Notes under the pieces: model-generated
The model's input: the letters and a program-made list of their open reading frames with translations, nothing else
The model's database searches: none
Told to the model about the DNA's origin: nothing
Source of the DNA: Macrostomum hystrix
Lineage: Eukaryota > Animalia > Platyhelminthes
Length of the DNA: 64,000 nt
Assembly: GCA_950097015.1 (NCBI GenBank)
Contig: CATNEN010000014.1
Coordinates: forward strand, 1,612,001 to 1,676,000
Direction of reading: 5' to 3'
Translations under genes and position numbers: made by a program
In this document: positions 26,191-34,956 of the stretch, piece after piece
Layout of the letters: every line of letters starts with the position of its first letter
How positions within the stretch are numbered: position 1 is the first letter of the stretch

Positions 26191-26216
26191 GGTGGTGGTG
26201 GTACCGGTGATGCCAT
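25557..26216 (-). CDS. Divergent TATA-box-binding protein (TBP)-like protein carried by the Polinton
   Basis: Two TBP repeats. First: VTNLVGGVDL...YRP...QPRVTLLLYPTGQLSICGAK. Second: IKTITAHGKL...EYEPETFTALICK...CLLFHNGSFVLSGAK. Poly-Ala N-terminus. Confidence 0.88.
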
Positions 26217-26246
26217 ACTTCGAGCTCTTTTGGTATGGACACCGCT

Positions 26247-26972
26247 TCAAACTTTTGAAAATATTTTTCTATTTTTCATTCGAGTTATTATAGCGTTTCT
26301 TCTGCCTTTGTTAAGCCTTAGCCACGCACACTCACTGCCTAATCCCTTGATTGGAGATTGTTCATTGCGAACTCTATCAGCGCCATCAGCAGTGTGCTGC
26401 AGAATTTGCTTGCGAGCAAACTTTCCAACTGCAGTCAAAGGGACATTTAGGTCCTTTTGTCTTAGTAAATTAATGAATTCTTTCCAGCCAGTTGGTTCAC
26501 TGGCACTCTGTGAGTCTCTTACAGTGTGCTGAATTAAATCCACAATGTTTGAGGCGGGGATCAAGCGGCCTGAAATCTCGACCTCCCCATTGTCATAAAC
26601 TCGGATTGAAGACTCATTACCGGACAGGATGGCCCATAGACTGCGAGCTCTTGCCTTGAACTTCTGTGGCACTGACTGATAGATCTTTTCATCCAAGTTT
26701 CTACCTGTCATCTCCACTTTCAAAACTTTTGCCTCACTACCTCTCACTTCGTTTCCTAGCTGCTTGCGTTTGACCAGCAGGCTTTTCATTGCACTCTGGT
26801 ACATGGCAGTCTTCACATCGTCAGGACAATCTTCAGCGAACAGAATTTCATCACACTTCATCTGCGCCTGTTTCATGGTCGCATCAGTTACAGACTCAGT
26901 GGGCTTTGCACTCTGTGTCAGCATTTCATACTCTGATTTCGCAATTAAAACCATTTCATTGAATTTGTGCAT
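26247..26972 (-). CDS. Uncharacterised Polinton protein (241 aa)
   Basis: Intact ORF in the gene cluster. SNIVDLIQ...PTGWKEF...NVP resembles conserved Maverick hypothetical proteins (from memory, not searched). Confidence 0.75.
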   Translation of the reverse strand: MHKFNEMVLIAKSEYEMLTQSAKPTESVTDATMKQAQMKCDEILFAEDCPDDVKTAMYQSAMKSLLVKRKQLGNEVRGSEAKVLKVEMTGRNLDEKIYQSVPQKFKARARSLWAILSGNESSIRVYDNGEVEISGRLIPASNIVDLIQHTVRDSQSASEPTGWKEFINLLRQKDLNVPLTAVGKFARKQILQHTADGADRVRNEQSPIKGLGSECAWLRLNKGRRNAIITRMKNRKIFSKV

Positions 26973-27279
26973 TTGCCCTCCTCTTCTTCACAAGTTTCAG
27001 CAGAACTGGAAGAATCTTGATGAAAGCAGCAGTCAGCAAATCAGCTTTTCTTTTCTTTGCAGGGATTCTGCGGATAATTTCCTTTGATTTTTTAAGTACA
27101 GCCTTCTCTTGAGGTGAGAAGGGTAAATTGTCTTGTAGCAGGTTGTGGCAGGCTTCAGCAAGGAAAATTCCAACTTCTTTTGGGCTTTCTTTTATTAACA
27201 TGCGCTTGAGGCGAATAGTGTATTTAGCATATGAGGCTAGAACTTCAAACAAACTTTGATGGCAATCAAACACTTCCAT
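26956..27279 (-). CDS. Small basic Polinton protein (~107 aa, from MEVFDCH)
   Basis: Sits between the ATPase and the 241-aa ORF. LAEACHNLLQDNLPFSPQEKAVLKK pattern resembles a small conserved Maverick protein. Confidence 0.65.
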   Translation of the reverse strand: MEVFDCHQSLFEVLASYAKYTIRLKRMLIKESPKEVGIFLAEACHNLLQDNLPFSPQEKAVLKKSKEIIRRIPAKKRKADLLTAAFIKILPVLLKLVKKRRANAQIQ

Positions 27280-27328
27280 ATTAATTTTCTTTGTTTGAAT
27301 GACCAGGATGATCACAAGTGATCCATTC

Positions 27329-27976
27329 TTAAGCATAGACCAGATGGGGGCGCTGATTGGGCAGAACTCGCGCTCGGACTCGCAGCTCATCGGGGGTGGA
27401 CGGGTGGAAATCCAGAAACAGATATGCCCCCCTACCCTGCGATGTGACATGCTTGAACACCGCAAGCAGAAAACTCGGCTTCTCGGGAAAGCACTGCCTG
27501 CCCAATGCGGAAATCTGCAGCTGATCTCTGGGGTTCTTCATGATTACGAAGTACATGGCATTCAAACTCATCGTCCGCAACTCCTTTCCCTTGAAAAACA
27601 TGTTCTGAGTCAGCATCACCAGAAAGCAGGGCAGATGATGGGCTATTCCAGTAAAGATATTTCGCATTGAAGCAGAACTTGAGCTTTCGTCAATCAAGTC
27701 GTCAAACACAACCAGGTCATTGGATCTGAGTGCTGTCTCAAAGTTGGAGGGGAATCCCTGCTGCAAGTGGACCCCCAGGCGGCTTAGCTCAGCATGCGCC
27801 GGCTGTGGAATCCCATAGTACCAGAGCACTCTGCCAGGTTGAATGTCGAATAGGACTTCCCTATACTGAATTAGATGCTTCACAAAGGTTGTCTTTCCCG
27901 CATTTGTGGGACCGCTGACAATCATGCAGCTGCCCTGACGCAGGCGAACATCGTAGCATGCTTTCTGAGATTCCAT
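27329..27976 (-). CDS. A32/FtsK-like genome packaging ATPase
   Basis: Walker A GPTNAGKT, Walker B LVVFDD, plus LTQNMF and KNPRD motifs. Confidence 0.95.
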   Translation of the reverse strand: MESQKACYDVRLRQGSCMIVSGPTNAGKTTFVKHLIQYREVLFDIQPGRVLWYYGIPQPAHAELSRLGVHLQQGFPSNFETALRSNDLVVFDDLIDESSSSASMRNIFTGIAHHLPCFLVMLTQNMFFKGKELRTMSLNAMYFVIMKNPRDQLQISALGRQCFPEKPSFLLAVFKHVTSQGRGAYLFLDFHPSTPDELRVRARVLPNQRPHLVYA

Positions 27977-28002
27977 CTCTTCAATAGACTTTCAGAATAT
28001 AC

Positions 28003-28518
28003 TCAAGGTTTCTGGGTTTTTCTTAAGCAAACTTCAAATTGCCTGAGTACTTTATCATTCAGGTGACATTTCTTCTTTGCATGCAGACTCGTGAGAATAC
28101 CCAGGAAGGACCGCTTCAAAGCTAGCCTCTGGTGGGCAAAGTAGACACAAAACAGGCCGCACTTGTCCGACTGAGCGCTTTGGATTTTATTGACGTTGCA
28201 AACCAGTTGAAATTGAACCATCCCACCTATATCCTTCAAGTATTCATGAATTACAGCTAAAGCTTCTTCATCCCAACCAAGAGAATTGAATAACTCCACT
28301 GTATTTCCATCAGCAAAGTGGCATACAACCCAGTGTCCAAAACTGACGCTGTGTTTTAGCAGAATGAAAATTATTTTATTTCGGTTGAAGCATTTTTTCA
28401 TCAAATTCTGGCCCGCATTTACAGTGACAGCTCTCTGCTTTAAGCAGAGAGTGAGTATAACGATTTTGGAGCTGGGTAAAAAGCTCCTTGTTAGAGAGTA
28501 CAGTTGAGTTGAGTCCAT
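28003..28518 (-). CDS. Adenain/Ulp1-like cysteine maturation protease
   Basis: GHWVVC (His), FNSLG and IQSAQSDKCGLFC (Gln...Cys). Confidence 0.92.
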   Translation of the reverse strand: MDSTQLYSLTRSFLPSSKIVILTLCLKQRAVTVNAGQNLMKKCFNRNKIIFILLKHSVSFGHWVVCHFADGNTVELFNSLGWDEEALAVIHEYLKDIGGMVQFQLVCNVNKIQSAQSDKCGLFCVYFAHQRLALKRSFLGILTSLHAKKKCHLNDKVLRQFEVCLRKTQKP

Positions 28519-28530
28519 CTTTCAGTACTC

Positions 28531-29811
28531 TCAAGATGAATAGTCCAGCAAGAGCTCCCTGTGCTTGGTTACTTCAATCAGTGAGTCATAGACGCACATG
28601 ACAATCAGCGACACGGCTTCATCCAGTGCCCGTCGAAAGCGAATCTCCAGCCGCAGGTTTCCCTCCTTCTGGCCGTACCACAGAGCTGCTCCCTCAGGTG
28701 TGAGATCAAATGCGAACACTGTGTTCTCGTTCGAGAACAGTTGGTAGGGAATCCACGGAACTGAACCACTGGAGCTTGCAGATTGGCAGCTTTTCAAATA
28801 GTGCAGGTACTCCCTCACAAACGAATTGTTCTCGGGTGTGAATGCCCCATGGCACATTGATTCACCCCCTTTCTTGAGAGCTAGCTGGCTCAGCTCGAAG
28901 CTTTGGAACTGGAACGGGCTGGAGTGGTGATGACCGTTGAAGGCTCGGTGGCTCACAAATGCCAGCATGATGAACTTCGGGAGCTTTCCGTGCGTGAATC
29001 CCTCGATGTTCTTTGACTGAATTCCATGGGGCAGGATAAAGTTCTGCATTTCAGTTCGCTCGATCGGGTAGAGAGCATTTTGATTCGTTAGTCCCTGCTC
29101 ATGAGCCAGGCTGATGTGGGGCACCACCTTGACACGGCGAAGGTACAGGATGCAGTGGGAAATTTCCATTCGGTAAGCTGTGGTGTTGAGGGCAGGAGCT
29201 CTAATGGCAAAGGCTCCATCGCTGGGCACTAGTTTGATGTGCAGGTGCAAGTTGTTGAGCAGGAACACGGGGCACTGGAAGATGTCGCTGAGGAGGGGTC
29301 CCGCATATTCCACCCAGTTGGAGATCATATGCCTCTCGGTGTGGCTCTCATCGGCAGAGTCGGGTTCCAGGAATCCAGCAGGGTAAAACTTAAGCTGCTG
29401 GGCATCGGAGGAGCTCATGAGAGCTTTGAAGTAGGCATGGTAGGGATACAGCTGGTCTCCTCCAGAGACAATGCGCTGGTTGATGCTGACAATTACATCC
29501 GAGAAGGCCGTAGCTAGAACAAAATTCTCCGGGTGCACTTGGCTGTCTCTGCGCTCGGTAACAGCACCATCAGTCACAATATCCTCCCTGATCAGGGCAC
29601 CACCCAATCTCACAACGCGACAACGAATATAGAGAAAGGAATTCAGCAGGTCAGTGTACTCATCAGCTGATTGATGGCAGTCAAATTCAATTGGTGAGTT
29701 TGCAACAATAGAGTTTACAGGATGAATGTCAACATAAGCAGATTTCTCAATACAGGTCTGAAGCACAGGCGCCTTGAACAGATCGAGTCTAGGGTTGAAC
29801 CCGTAAGCCAT
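28531..29811 (-). CDS. Major capsid protein (double jelly-roll type)
   Basis: 426 aa. LDLFKAPVLQT, PIEF, YTDL..SFLYI, LYPYHAYFK, LPKFIMLAFV, AFNG and FAFDLTP motifs match Polinton MCPs. Confidence 0.92.
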   Translation of the reverse strand: MAYGFNPRLDLFKAPVLQTCIEKSAYVDIHPVNSIVANSPIEFDCHQSADEYTDLLNSFLYIRCRVVRLGGALIREDIVTDGAVTERRDSQVHPENFVLATAFSDVIVSINQRIVSGGDQLYPYHAYFKALMSSSDAQQLKFYPAGFLEPDSADESHTERHMISNWVEYAGPLLSDIFQCPVFLLNNLHLHIKLVPSDGAFAIRAPALNTTAYRMEISHCILYLRRVKVVPHISLAHEQGLTNQNALYPIERTEMQNFILPHGIQSKNIEGFTHGKLPKFIMLAFVSHRAFNGHHHSSPFQFQSFELSQLALKKGGESMCHGAFTPENNSFVREYLHYLKSCQSASSSGSVPWIPYQLFSNENTVFAFDLTPEGAALWYGQKEGNLRLEIRFRRALDEAVSLIVMCVYDSLIEVTKHRELLLDYSS

Positions 29812-29815
29812 ATTG

Positions 29816-30184
29816 TTAGGACAGAGAATCCAGTACGCGTTTCACAGTTTTTCTGTAGATTTTTTGCTTTCCTTGTCCTACCTTTTTCTGTTTCCTAGTT
29901 TTTCTCTTCTTCTTAAGCTTTTTGTTTCCGGCCCTCGTCTGATTTTTTCTTGAACTCTTCTTTCCTGTGTCACCCTTAGCAGAATGTTTTCGTTTTCTTT
30001 TCGATCGCACAGATGGCTTTTTACTTTCCCTTTTGTCTATTAGCCGCGCTGCACCTGCAGTTGTAGCAACCGGTGGAGGTTGGTACGTCATGAGCCCTGG
30101 AGCGCTGCCGCAGCCATAGAGTACCGGTTTCTCCCCAAGGGTTTGAACTCCCGAGTAATGCCGAATCAGCTGCTGGTAATTCAT
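29816..30184 (-). CDS. Basic, pVII-like DNA-condensing core protein
   Basis: Lys/Arg-rich C-terminal half with a GxG motif (LYGCG). Located between mCP and MCP. ATGA start/stop overlap with mCP. Confidence 0.75.
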   Translation of the reverse strand: MNYQQLIRHYSGVQTLGEKPVLYGCGSAPGLMTYQPPPVATTAGAARLIDKRESKKPSVRSKRKRKHSAKGDTGKKSSRKNQTRAGNKKLKKKRKTRKQKKVGQGKQKIYRKTVKRVLDSLS

Positions 30185-30993
30185 AAAATTCTTTTTTCAC
30201 GGATCTGAATTGTTAGCAAAACTGGACTGCTGGACTGCGCGATCAGTAGGCTTCCAAAAATATCTCGCAACTGCACTCGAATACCATGTAGATAGATGAC
30301 TCTAGGAATGGTGAAGAATATCGTTTTCTTAAACACTTTGCTCACATAGCCACCCCATTGAATGTCATCTCTCATTCTAACAGTTCTCAGCAGGGAGCTG
30401 TGGTTGCAGTTGTTCGACTCAATGATGCTGCAGTGCACATTGATTAGGTTGGTGCGCGGGCAGCCGATGAACTGCTCAGATACGAGACGCCCAGGTGGGA
30501 CTTTTAATCCTTGGCTTCCGAATCCAAGCCACTGCAGAATCCGGTGAGGCGGGAGATACAGCTCCACCTGAGCTGTGTTATTCTGCACAACTGTCCTTGA
30601 GCCATCAATTGTACACCTTATTCCATTGTCCGCAGCAGGTGCAGAATGTCCCATCAGACCTGACTGATCAGCCTCCATTGCAGCATCTCCATCACTTCTA
30701 GCATCAAAGAACTGCAGCCGTGAGTTGGCTAGCAGCTCATTCAAAGACTCCACCAGCTCCTCCACTCTGCCAAAGCATCCAGGTTGAAGAACCAGGGTCT
30801 CATGCTCTCTTCCATCTGAGACAGAGATGCAGTAAGGTTCGTCAAGATTGAACCATGCAGCAGGTAGATGGATTTCCACAAGAGCTGCCTCATAGTCCAC
30901 ATTTCGATCCAGGTAAAGAGGTGAAGCAAGGTAAAAATAAAAATCACTAGAAATACCTTCACCATGGTTGCTGTTGATGACAATGTTTCTCAT
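30181..30993 (-). CDS. Minor capsid (penton-like) protein
   Basis: DFYFYLASPLYL...YEAALVEI, INVHCSIIE, SLLRTV and IRVQLRDIFG motifs. Confidence 0.88.
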   Translation of the reverse strand: MRNIVINSNHGEGISSDFYFYLASPLYLDRNVDYEAALVEIHLPAAWFNLDEPYCISVSDGREHETLVLQPGCFGRVEELVESLNELLANSRLQFFDARSDGDAAMEADQSGLMGHSAPAADNGIRCTIDGSRTVVQNNTAQVELYLPPHRILQWLGFGSQGLKVPPGRLVSEQFIGCPRTNLINVHCSIIESNNCNHSSLLRTVRMRDDIQWGGYVSKVFKKTIFFTIPRVIYLHGIRVQLRDIFGSLLIAQSSSPVLLTIQIREKRIL

Positions 30994-31026
30994 TATATCT
31001 GATTATTTTTTTTATCTGCAGCTTAT

Positions 31027-32124
31027 CTACACTTTTCTTAAGTCCTTTTCATCCACCCAGCCTGTGGAGTTGTAGCCAGCCCACTTGACAAGATAGCGGA
31101 TTTTCCCATTGCGCTTTTCTGACTTCAAAACCTTCTCAATGACATACAGCCGCTGTGATTCCGGAACAGCCTGCAGCTCATACTCGTGAAAGAGCCCGCG
31201 AATCTCCTCACCCTTCATGTCTCGGATCTTGTACATGTACGGGTAGTGCTTTGGTGCCCTGCACACTACAGTGTATACCTCCTCGCTCCAGTTGGCCTTG
31301 TATCCCTTTCGGAACAGCCTGGGTGCATTTGAAATTCTCACAGACTGTTTCTCACAGAACTTTGGCTTCTTGGGTCGCTGTACAGTCTCAATTGCCTTTC
31401 CGTCGTACAGATTCATCCACACCTCAGACTCATTCTCTTTGCAGACACTTGTCGGTGCCATTTTGATACTTCTGTGGTAAGTATTGTTGTATGATTTCAC
31501 CAGCTTAGGCAGCACATCAATCCAGAGCAGTGTGCTCTTGTGAGTGAAATATTTCCACATCTTACTCTTCAAAGTTCGGTTCCATCGCTCAATTACTGCA
31601 GCTTTCTGCTCACTGTTAGTTTTGAAGGCCAGGATTCCCCGCTGTATGCAGAACTGCCTAAAATTAGTGTTTATGAATTCTTTTCCCTGATCTGTGCGGA
31701 CTGTGCGAGGCTGGCGCTTTGAGCATCTCAAAATGCTCTCGAATGCGGACTTTACTTCTGCAGCTGATTTGTTCTTCAACGGCTTGGCCCATGCTGATTT
31801 AGACAACACGTCAATGCAAGTGAGGATGTACTTGTAGCCTTTGTTGTACTTGGCGAATGGGATCATCTCGACCAGGTCAAGTTCCCACTGGTCATCTATC
31901 GCTCTCACTATGATTGGTGCTCTGGGATAGCGCCTTCTAGCCGACCTGTGCAGTGTGTGCACGGGCTGTTCAGTTAACCACAGCTCAATGTATTTTCTAG
32001 ATTTCCCCTCATTATTTTTCCCTAGTTGCTGCTGCAACTTTGATGCACCTGAGAAACTGGCCGGCTGAGCGGGATTGTAGTAAAGCTTTTCCATTTTCCA
32101 ACATGAAGAGGATGTCAGAATCAA
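31027..32124 (-). CDS. int: Retroviral-like (rve) integrase with C-terminal chromodomain
   Basis: DDE triad in WELDL, RTDQGKEF and IERWNRTLK. Chromodomain YVIEKVL...YLVKWAGY. Probable start MEKLYYNP. Confidence 0.96.
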   Translation of the reverse strand: MILTSSSCWKMEKLYYNPAQPASFSGASKLQQQLGKNNEGKSRKYIELWLTEQPVHTLHRSARRRYPRAPIIVRAIDDQWELDLVEMIPFAKYNKGYKYILTCIDVLSKSAWAKPLKNKSAAEVKSAFESILRCSKRQPRTVRTDQGKEFINTNFRQFCIQRGILAFKTNSEQKAAVIERWNRTLKSKMWKYFTHKSTLLWIDVLPKLVKSYNNTYHRSIKMAPTSVCKENESEVWMNLYDGKAIETVQRPKKPKFCEKQSVRISNAPRLFRKGYKANWSEEVYTVVCRAPKHYPYMYKIRDMKGEEIRGLFHEYELQAVPESQRLYVIEKVLKSEKRNGKIRYLVKWAGYNSTGWVDEKDLRKV

Positions 32125-32376
32125 TATTATTTATTGTCTTTAGCAACTTTCTTAAGTTGCATTGCCACAATGTAGTTTATAAAATGTCTTGATACATATA
32201 CCGAGAAATAAAGCCAAAAAGACAGTTAAATTAGCTATTGCGAAAAGCACAGAGCAAAATTACACTGTAGCCTATATTGCTGAAATATGGCTGGATAGGT
32301 CAAATAAGCTTAGTGCGCATTTGACCAAATGAAAGAAGTTAGAAATTATTTGACGCATGTACTGTCACTTGGAAAT

Positions 32377-33135
32377 TCACTCGTTGTCCTTGTTTTCATC
32401 TGAGTCATCCGTCAGCTTCGGAAACTTGATCGCATCGCTCCTACGCAGAGGCCATGGCTGCTTGCGCTTGCGGCTTCCGATCAAGCAGTTGACACTGAGA
32501 CCCGCAGCCGCTCGGGCCTGGTACCAGTAAGGATCCTGAGACAGGTCGCTGTCCTGCTGTGGGATGCAGCCGAATGCTTTGGGCGTCGAAAGTTGGGCTG
32601 CAGCTGGAAGCGGTTCGGAGGTTGCGTTGTCTGACTCGGAAATCAGCAGCGTCTTCTCGTCGTCCGCATCCTCACTAGAGTGTTGGCCCGCCCGATTCTC
32701 GATGTCCGGCTCGGTCTTGATGTCCTGAGGGTCCAGCTCGTACTCGCACTCCGGTGACTTTCCTCTCAGCTCACTACTGATCCGGTCGACATGGCACCAC
32801 AGCGCTCGCCACAGACGGGGAGTCATCTCGATCGAATTCCGTCTCAGGAAATCCTCCGTGCAGTCCTCCGGCAGTCGCTTGAGCCAGATGACTCCTCGCT
32901 TGACTTCTACGAGCTTGTCGGAGCCCAGCTTGGCAGTGACGTTTCGTCGGTTGACTGCAGCCTGCACGAGTTGGCGCCTTAGCTGCTTCAGCTTCTCCCA
33001 TTGGTGTACGTTCAAGTTGAATCCAGGGATTCCAGGCTTCAGCTCCCCGTCAGAAGAGTAGAAGCGTCGGATAGCGATGAATCTATTGCCTTCATACTCC
33101 TGCACTTGAACTTTGAAGCCGTCGCTAAGATCCAT
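32377..33135 (-). CDS. PC4/Sub1-like ssDNA-binding transcription-coactivator protein, probably with two PC4 repeats
   Basis: VQVQEYEGNRFIAIRRFY...KPGIPGFNLNVHQWEKL, then a second degenerate repeat ending SIEMTPRLWRAL...I. TATATAAG box near 33216-33223. Confidence 0.85.
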   Translation of the reverse strand: MDLSDGFKVQVQEYEGNRFIAIRRFYSSDGELKPGIPGFNLNVHQWEKLKQLRRQLVQAAVNRRNVTAKLGSDKLVEVKRGVIWLKRLPEDCTEDFLRRNSIEMTPRLWRALWCHVDRISSELRGKSPECEYELDPQDIKTEPDIENRAGQHSSEDADDEKTLLISESDNATSEPLPAAAQLSTPKAFGCIPQQDSDLSQDPYWYQARAAAGLSVNCLIGSRKRKQPWPLRRSDAIKFPKLTDDSDENKDNE

Positions 33136-33393
33136 GGTAGCAGGTCAAACTTACGTGACGAAATGGCTATTAGTTTTAAAGAAATCCTCTCTTAACAATA
33201 AAAAAATCCCCACCCTTATATACCAGCGGAGTGGGGTGGGTTAATGTAATGGGGTGGGTGAGACTGTGGGCGCATATATAATACTAAGAAAACATATAAT
33301 AACATTAGGCAGAGTTTATGTATCCATGCTACGCATCCACTGTCCTATTTCTACAGTGTTGGCCATACCCACTGCAAACAGACGGTGGTTTCA

Positions 33394-33890
33394 CTGTTTT
33401 CCCCAGACCAACAGTTGTTTTGTTGTTGTCTTCATATGAAAAAATAACACAGACCAGAGCAAAAGTGAAATTCCCATTGGAGGAGTGGAACTGAATAAAC
33501 AATCGGTTTATCAGACTGCACTGACTGCCTCTCTCCCTCTCAGACAGATTTACCTGCGACAGAGTCCACTATGCAAACACATGGCGTTTGTTCACACACT
33601 AGGACCCCACGGAATTTCCGAGGACTTCCTTGCGGCAGAGTTTTGCTATGTAAAACATGGGCCTATGTACATGCACTGGGTCCCATGGAATTTCCGCGGA
33701 TTTCCTTGCGGCAGAGTTCTGCTATGTGAAACATAGGCGCTATGTTCGCAAACTAGGGCCCCACGGAATTTCCGCGGATTTCCTTGCGGCAGAGTTCTGC
33801 TATGTGAAACATGGACCTATGTACATGCACTGGGTCCCATGGAATTTCCGCGGATTTCCTTGCGGCAGAGTTCTGTTAACCCATACTACT
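33394..33890 (-). repeat. Right terminal inverted repeat of the Polinton
   Basis: Mirror of the left TIR. The spurious 83-aa ORFs 17978-18229(-) and 33485-33736(+) are identical. Confidence 0.96.
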
Positions 33891-34956
33891 CAGGACGAAC
33901 GAATTTCCGTTAGGTTTACGTTAGACTTTAACGTTAGTCTTTCCGTTAGTTCGGTCGTTAGACTAATGTTAGTTTTCCGTTAGAATTTTAACGTTACTTT
34001 ATTCCACAATAACTGACTATAACCTAACGGTTTTTTCCGTGCTGATTTTATACTATATATTTTTCATAACGCACCGTTGCCAATGCAACAAAAGTATTAA
34101 TTGGAGCAAGAATAAGACAGTGAACCAAAATCATGCAATTAAACTGACCAAATAAATATTTTCAAATGTGTAATTCCACTAAGTTGTCCAATAAAGTGTG
34201 ACAATTACTTTAAACATTGCAATATATTTAGCTATTTAAATAGATACGGTAATAAAAAAATACTTCTAATAGAAACAGTGTAAGTTTCCTCAACCCACCG
34301 CCACTCGAATCTACTTCCCAGTTTTACTCGAATGTAAAAATGTCTCCATTTTTTGGGTGTTGCGACTATCAATCTTTCCTTGAATTCACCGCCTCTCATC
34401 TTTGTTGAGTTTACCTGCACTCTTGTCCCTCTGTCAGCTTACTTCTCCATATGGCTGTCTCCTCGCATTCTCTCTTATTTTTCTGATTGGCTGCGGGGCC
34501 AGCCACCTCTTATCTCCTCGTTCCTCCTGGCCAACTATACATTTAATACATACAACAATACATAAGCTCAGTTTTTTATTCTTATTTTCTCGACACATAA
34601 CACATAAAAGACCTACATCAAGTAATACAAAAGATGGCAAACTAATGGGCGTCGTTGTGCCGCAAAAAGGGGGCGTTAAGTATAAGGCTCTCAAATATTA
34701 TTAGGGGCGACAAGTATGAGGGCCCTTATGTAACAAGGACAGTGGTTTGGTTAGCATTTCGGGGCGGCGCCCCCTAAATTCGGTCTTGGTTGCGCTGTCA
34801 TTGTGGGAAGTAACGACCCCAGAAAAAATGTGAGCAAATAAATGAAAAAGCGAATAGAACTGGAACAAAAAATACAGAAAAAATTATTAGGATGTTGATG
34901 GCATAAAAATCAAAGCATGATAATTAAGTCAACTATGTTTAAGGAAAAAATTGGGC

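Larger units (their letters stand above)
17824..33890. mobile_element. Complete Polinton/Maverick (adintovirus-like endogenous dsDNA virus), 16,067 bp
   Basis: AGTAGT...ACTACT termini and 6-bp TSD CAGGAC (17818-23 and 33891-96). ~497-bp TIRs. Full set of pPolB, INT, ATPase, protease, MCP and mCP genes. Confidence 0.98.
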
